A stretch of 64,000 nt of DNA, from assembly GCF_963921235.1 (NCBI RefSeq), contig NC_086097.1:135410001-135474000 (forward strand), read 5' to 3'. Origin of the DNA: Mobula hypostoma. Taxonomy: Eukaryota. The notes under the pieces are model-generated. The model saw only the letters and a program-made list of their open reading frames with translations, was not told the DNA's origin and ran no database searches. Of this stretch, positions 62,746 through 64,000 are shown in pieces. Numbering within the stretch: the stretch's first letter is position 1; each line of letters starts with the position of its first letter. The position numbers and the translations under genes were made by a program.

Positions 62746-64000
62746 CCACTTCCCTCGCCAAACTAATCAACTTCAACATGAAGCAACACACACAAAATGC
62801 TGGAGGAACTCCGCAAATGAAGCAGCATCTACGGAGGCACATGGACAGTCGAAGTTTTGGGTCAAGACCTCCATGTTCAAGTTCTCTGGCTGACCTGCAA
62901 GCTGTCTCTATCATTGCTGCGTGATCTAACGGAAAAATCCGTCATCCCACCCATATTTCCAGATTCACTGTCTTTATGGCCTTGAGACAGACTGTGAAAG
63001 GTCAGTGGAAATGCCTCAGTTCCTTTGCCAACTATTTGTTCTCTCCAATAGTTTCATGAGGAACTATTTGTTTCTGCCAGTGAAGAAAGCCTTCTGGTGT
63101 AGGTGACTGGGTGGTGTGGGGGAAGTGAATAACCAAGATGGTGGAACAACAGAAATAAAAAGAGAAAATTCTGGTAACATTGGGCGTCAACTGTGCAAAC
63201 AGGAACAGAGTTAATATTTCAAGTCAATGACTCTTCATCAGAATCAGAGAAGTGAGAAAACCATTTTCAGAATTATTCATAATTATACTGTACTCATTTG
63301 GTGCGAACATCCTTGCATCTGATACACAAAATCATTAAACACCTTTTTGTTAAAATTATACTAAAACAATCTTCTAATTTTACCATGCAAACATCTGTTA
63401 GGTTTTATTTTAACTTGGTTTGAATGTATTGGCTTTATCTGAAACACTGTATTAAAACTTTTGATTCAAAACTAGCAGCCAAAATGGAGTTAGGATCAGG
63501 ACAGGAGCAGAAGCTTTGAAATTGATTCATGACCACTTCAATGAACCAAACCTTCATTACAGTCTTATTTATCACTTAAACCCCAACCTAAACCATACAA
63601 AAATCAACAGAGGTCATACATGAAGCGAAAACATGAACAATAACTGCACTAGGAGGTCATTTTGTATAAATTAGCATCAAGACTGGCACATTGCTGGCTG
63701 AGTGGCCTGTCTGCTCTACTGTTCCATGTTCTACTTTCTGACTGAAACACAGCTTTGTTTTTCCCTCTTTCCTCCAGCTGAAGGAATCAAACATTTTCTT
63801 CCAATAATAAAGTTCCACTTACATTATCCTGCTGAGCACTGGCAAAAGACTCAACTTTCACCCCATAGGAATTAAATATTTAAATTGGACTCCACATCTC
63901 TATCTGCCAGTCCAGAAACTTCATCACTAAAGCTGCTAGCTATCCAACAAATATTTAGTTTAAAGCCTCTTTTGGTCAGTCTTTCCCATAAAACACAGTT

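Noticed and set aside
1..64000. CRISPR arrays, rRNA, tRNA genes or prokaryotic systems
   Set aside because: The sequence is eukaryotic with no regularly spaced repeat array, and tRNA-like boxes occur only as SINE heads.

Overview
This is vertebrate genomic DNA, most likely a cartilaginous fish such as a ray or shark (inferred from the repeat complement), and it is dominated by transposable elements. Two host genes converge tail-to-tail. On the + strand are the last five coding exons of a Derlin-1 (DERL1)-type gene (964-990, 3258-3353, 4141-4193, 6564-6674, 6767-6911). The ORF track does not resolve this gene, and its protein looks unusually divergent for a vertebrate DERL1. On the - strand is ZHX2, with the whole 866-aa CDS (24918-27518) in one 2.77-kb exon, a 3' UTR exon starting at 21072, and probable intron filling 27.7-64 kb. 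The repeats include CR1, L2, L1/Tx1, Rex1/Babar and RTE LINE remnants, V-type SINEs, and hAT, Tc1 and Harbinger DNA elements. The most striking structure is a family of Penelope-like (PLE) insertions carrying a minimal type I hammerhead ribozyme. One is a perfect 93-bp hairpin with a 14-bp target-site duplication (TSD), and three young copies share the same inverted end architecture. Repeat boundaries without a TSD or TIR are approximate, and comparisons to human proteins are from memory, not from a database search.
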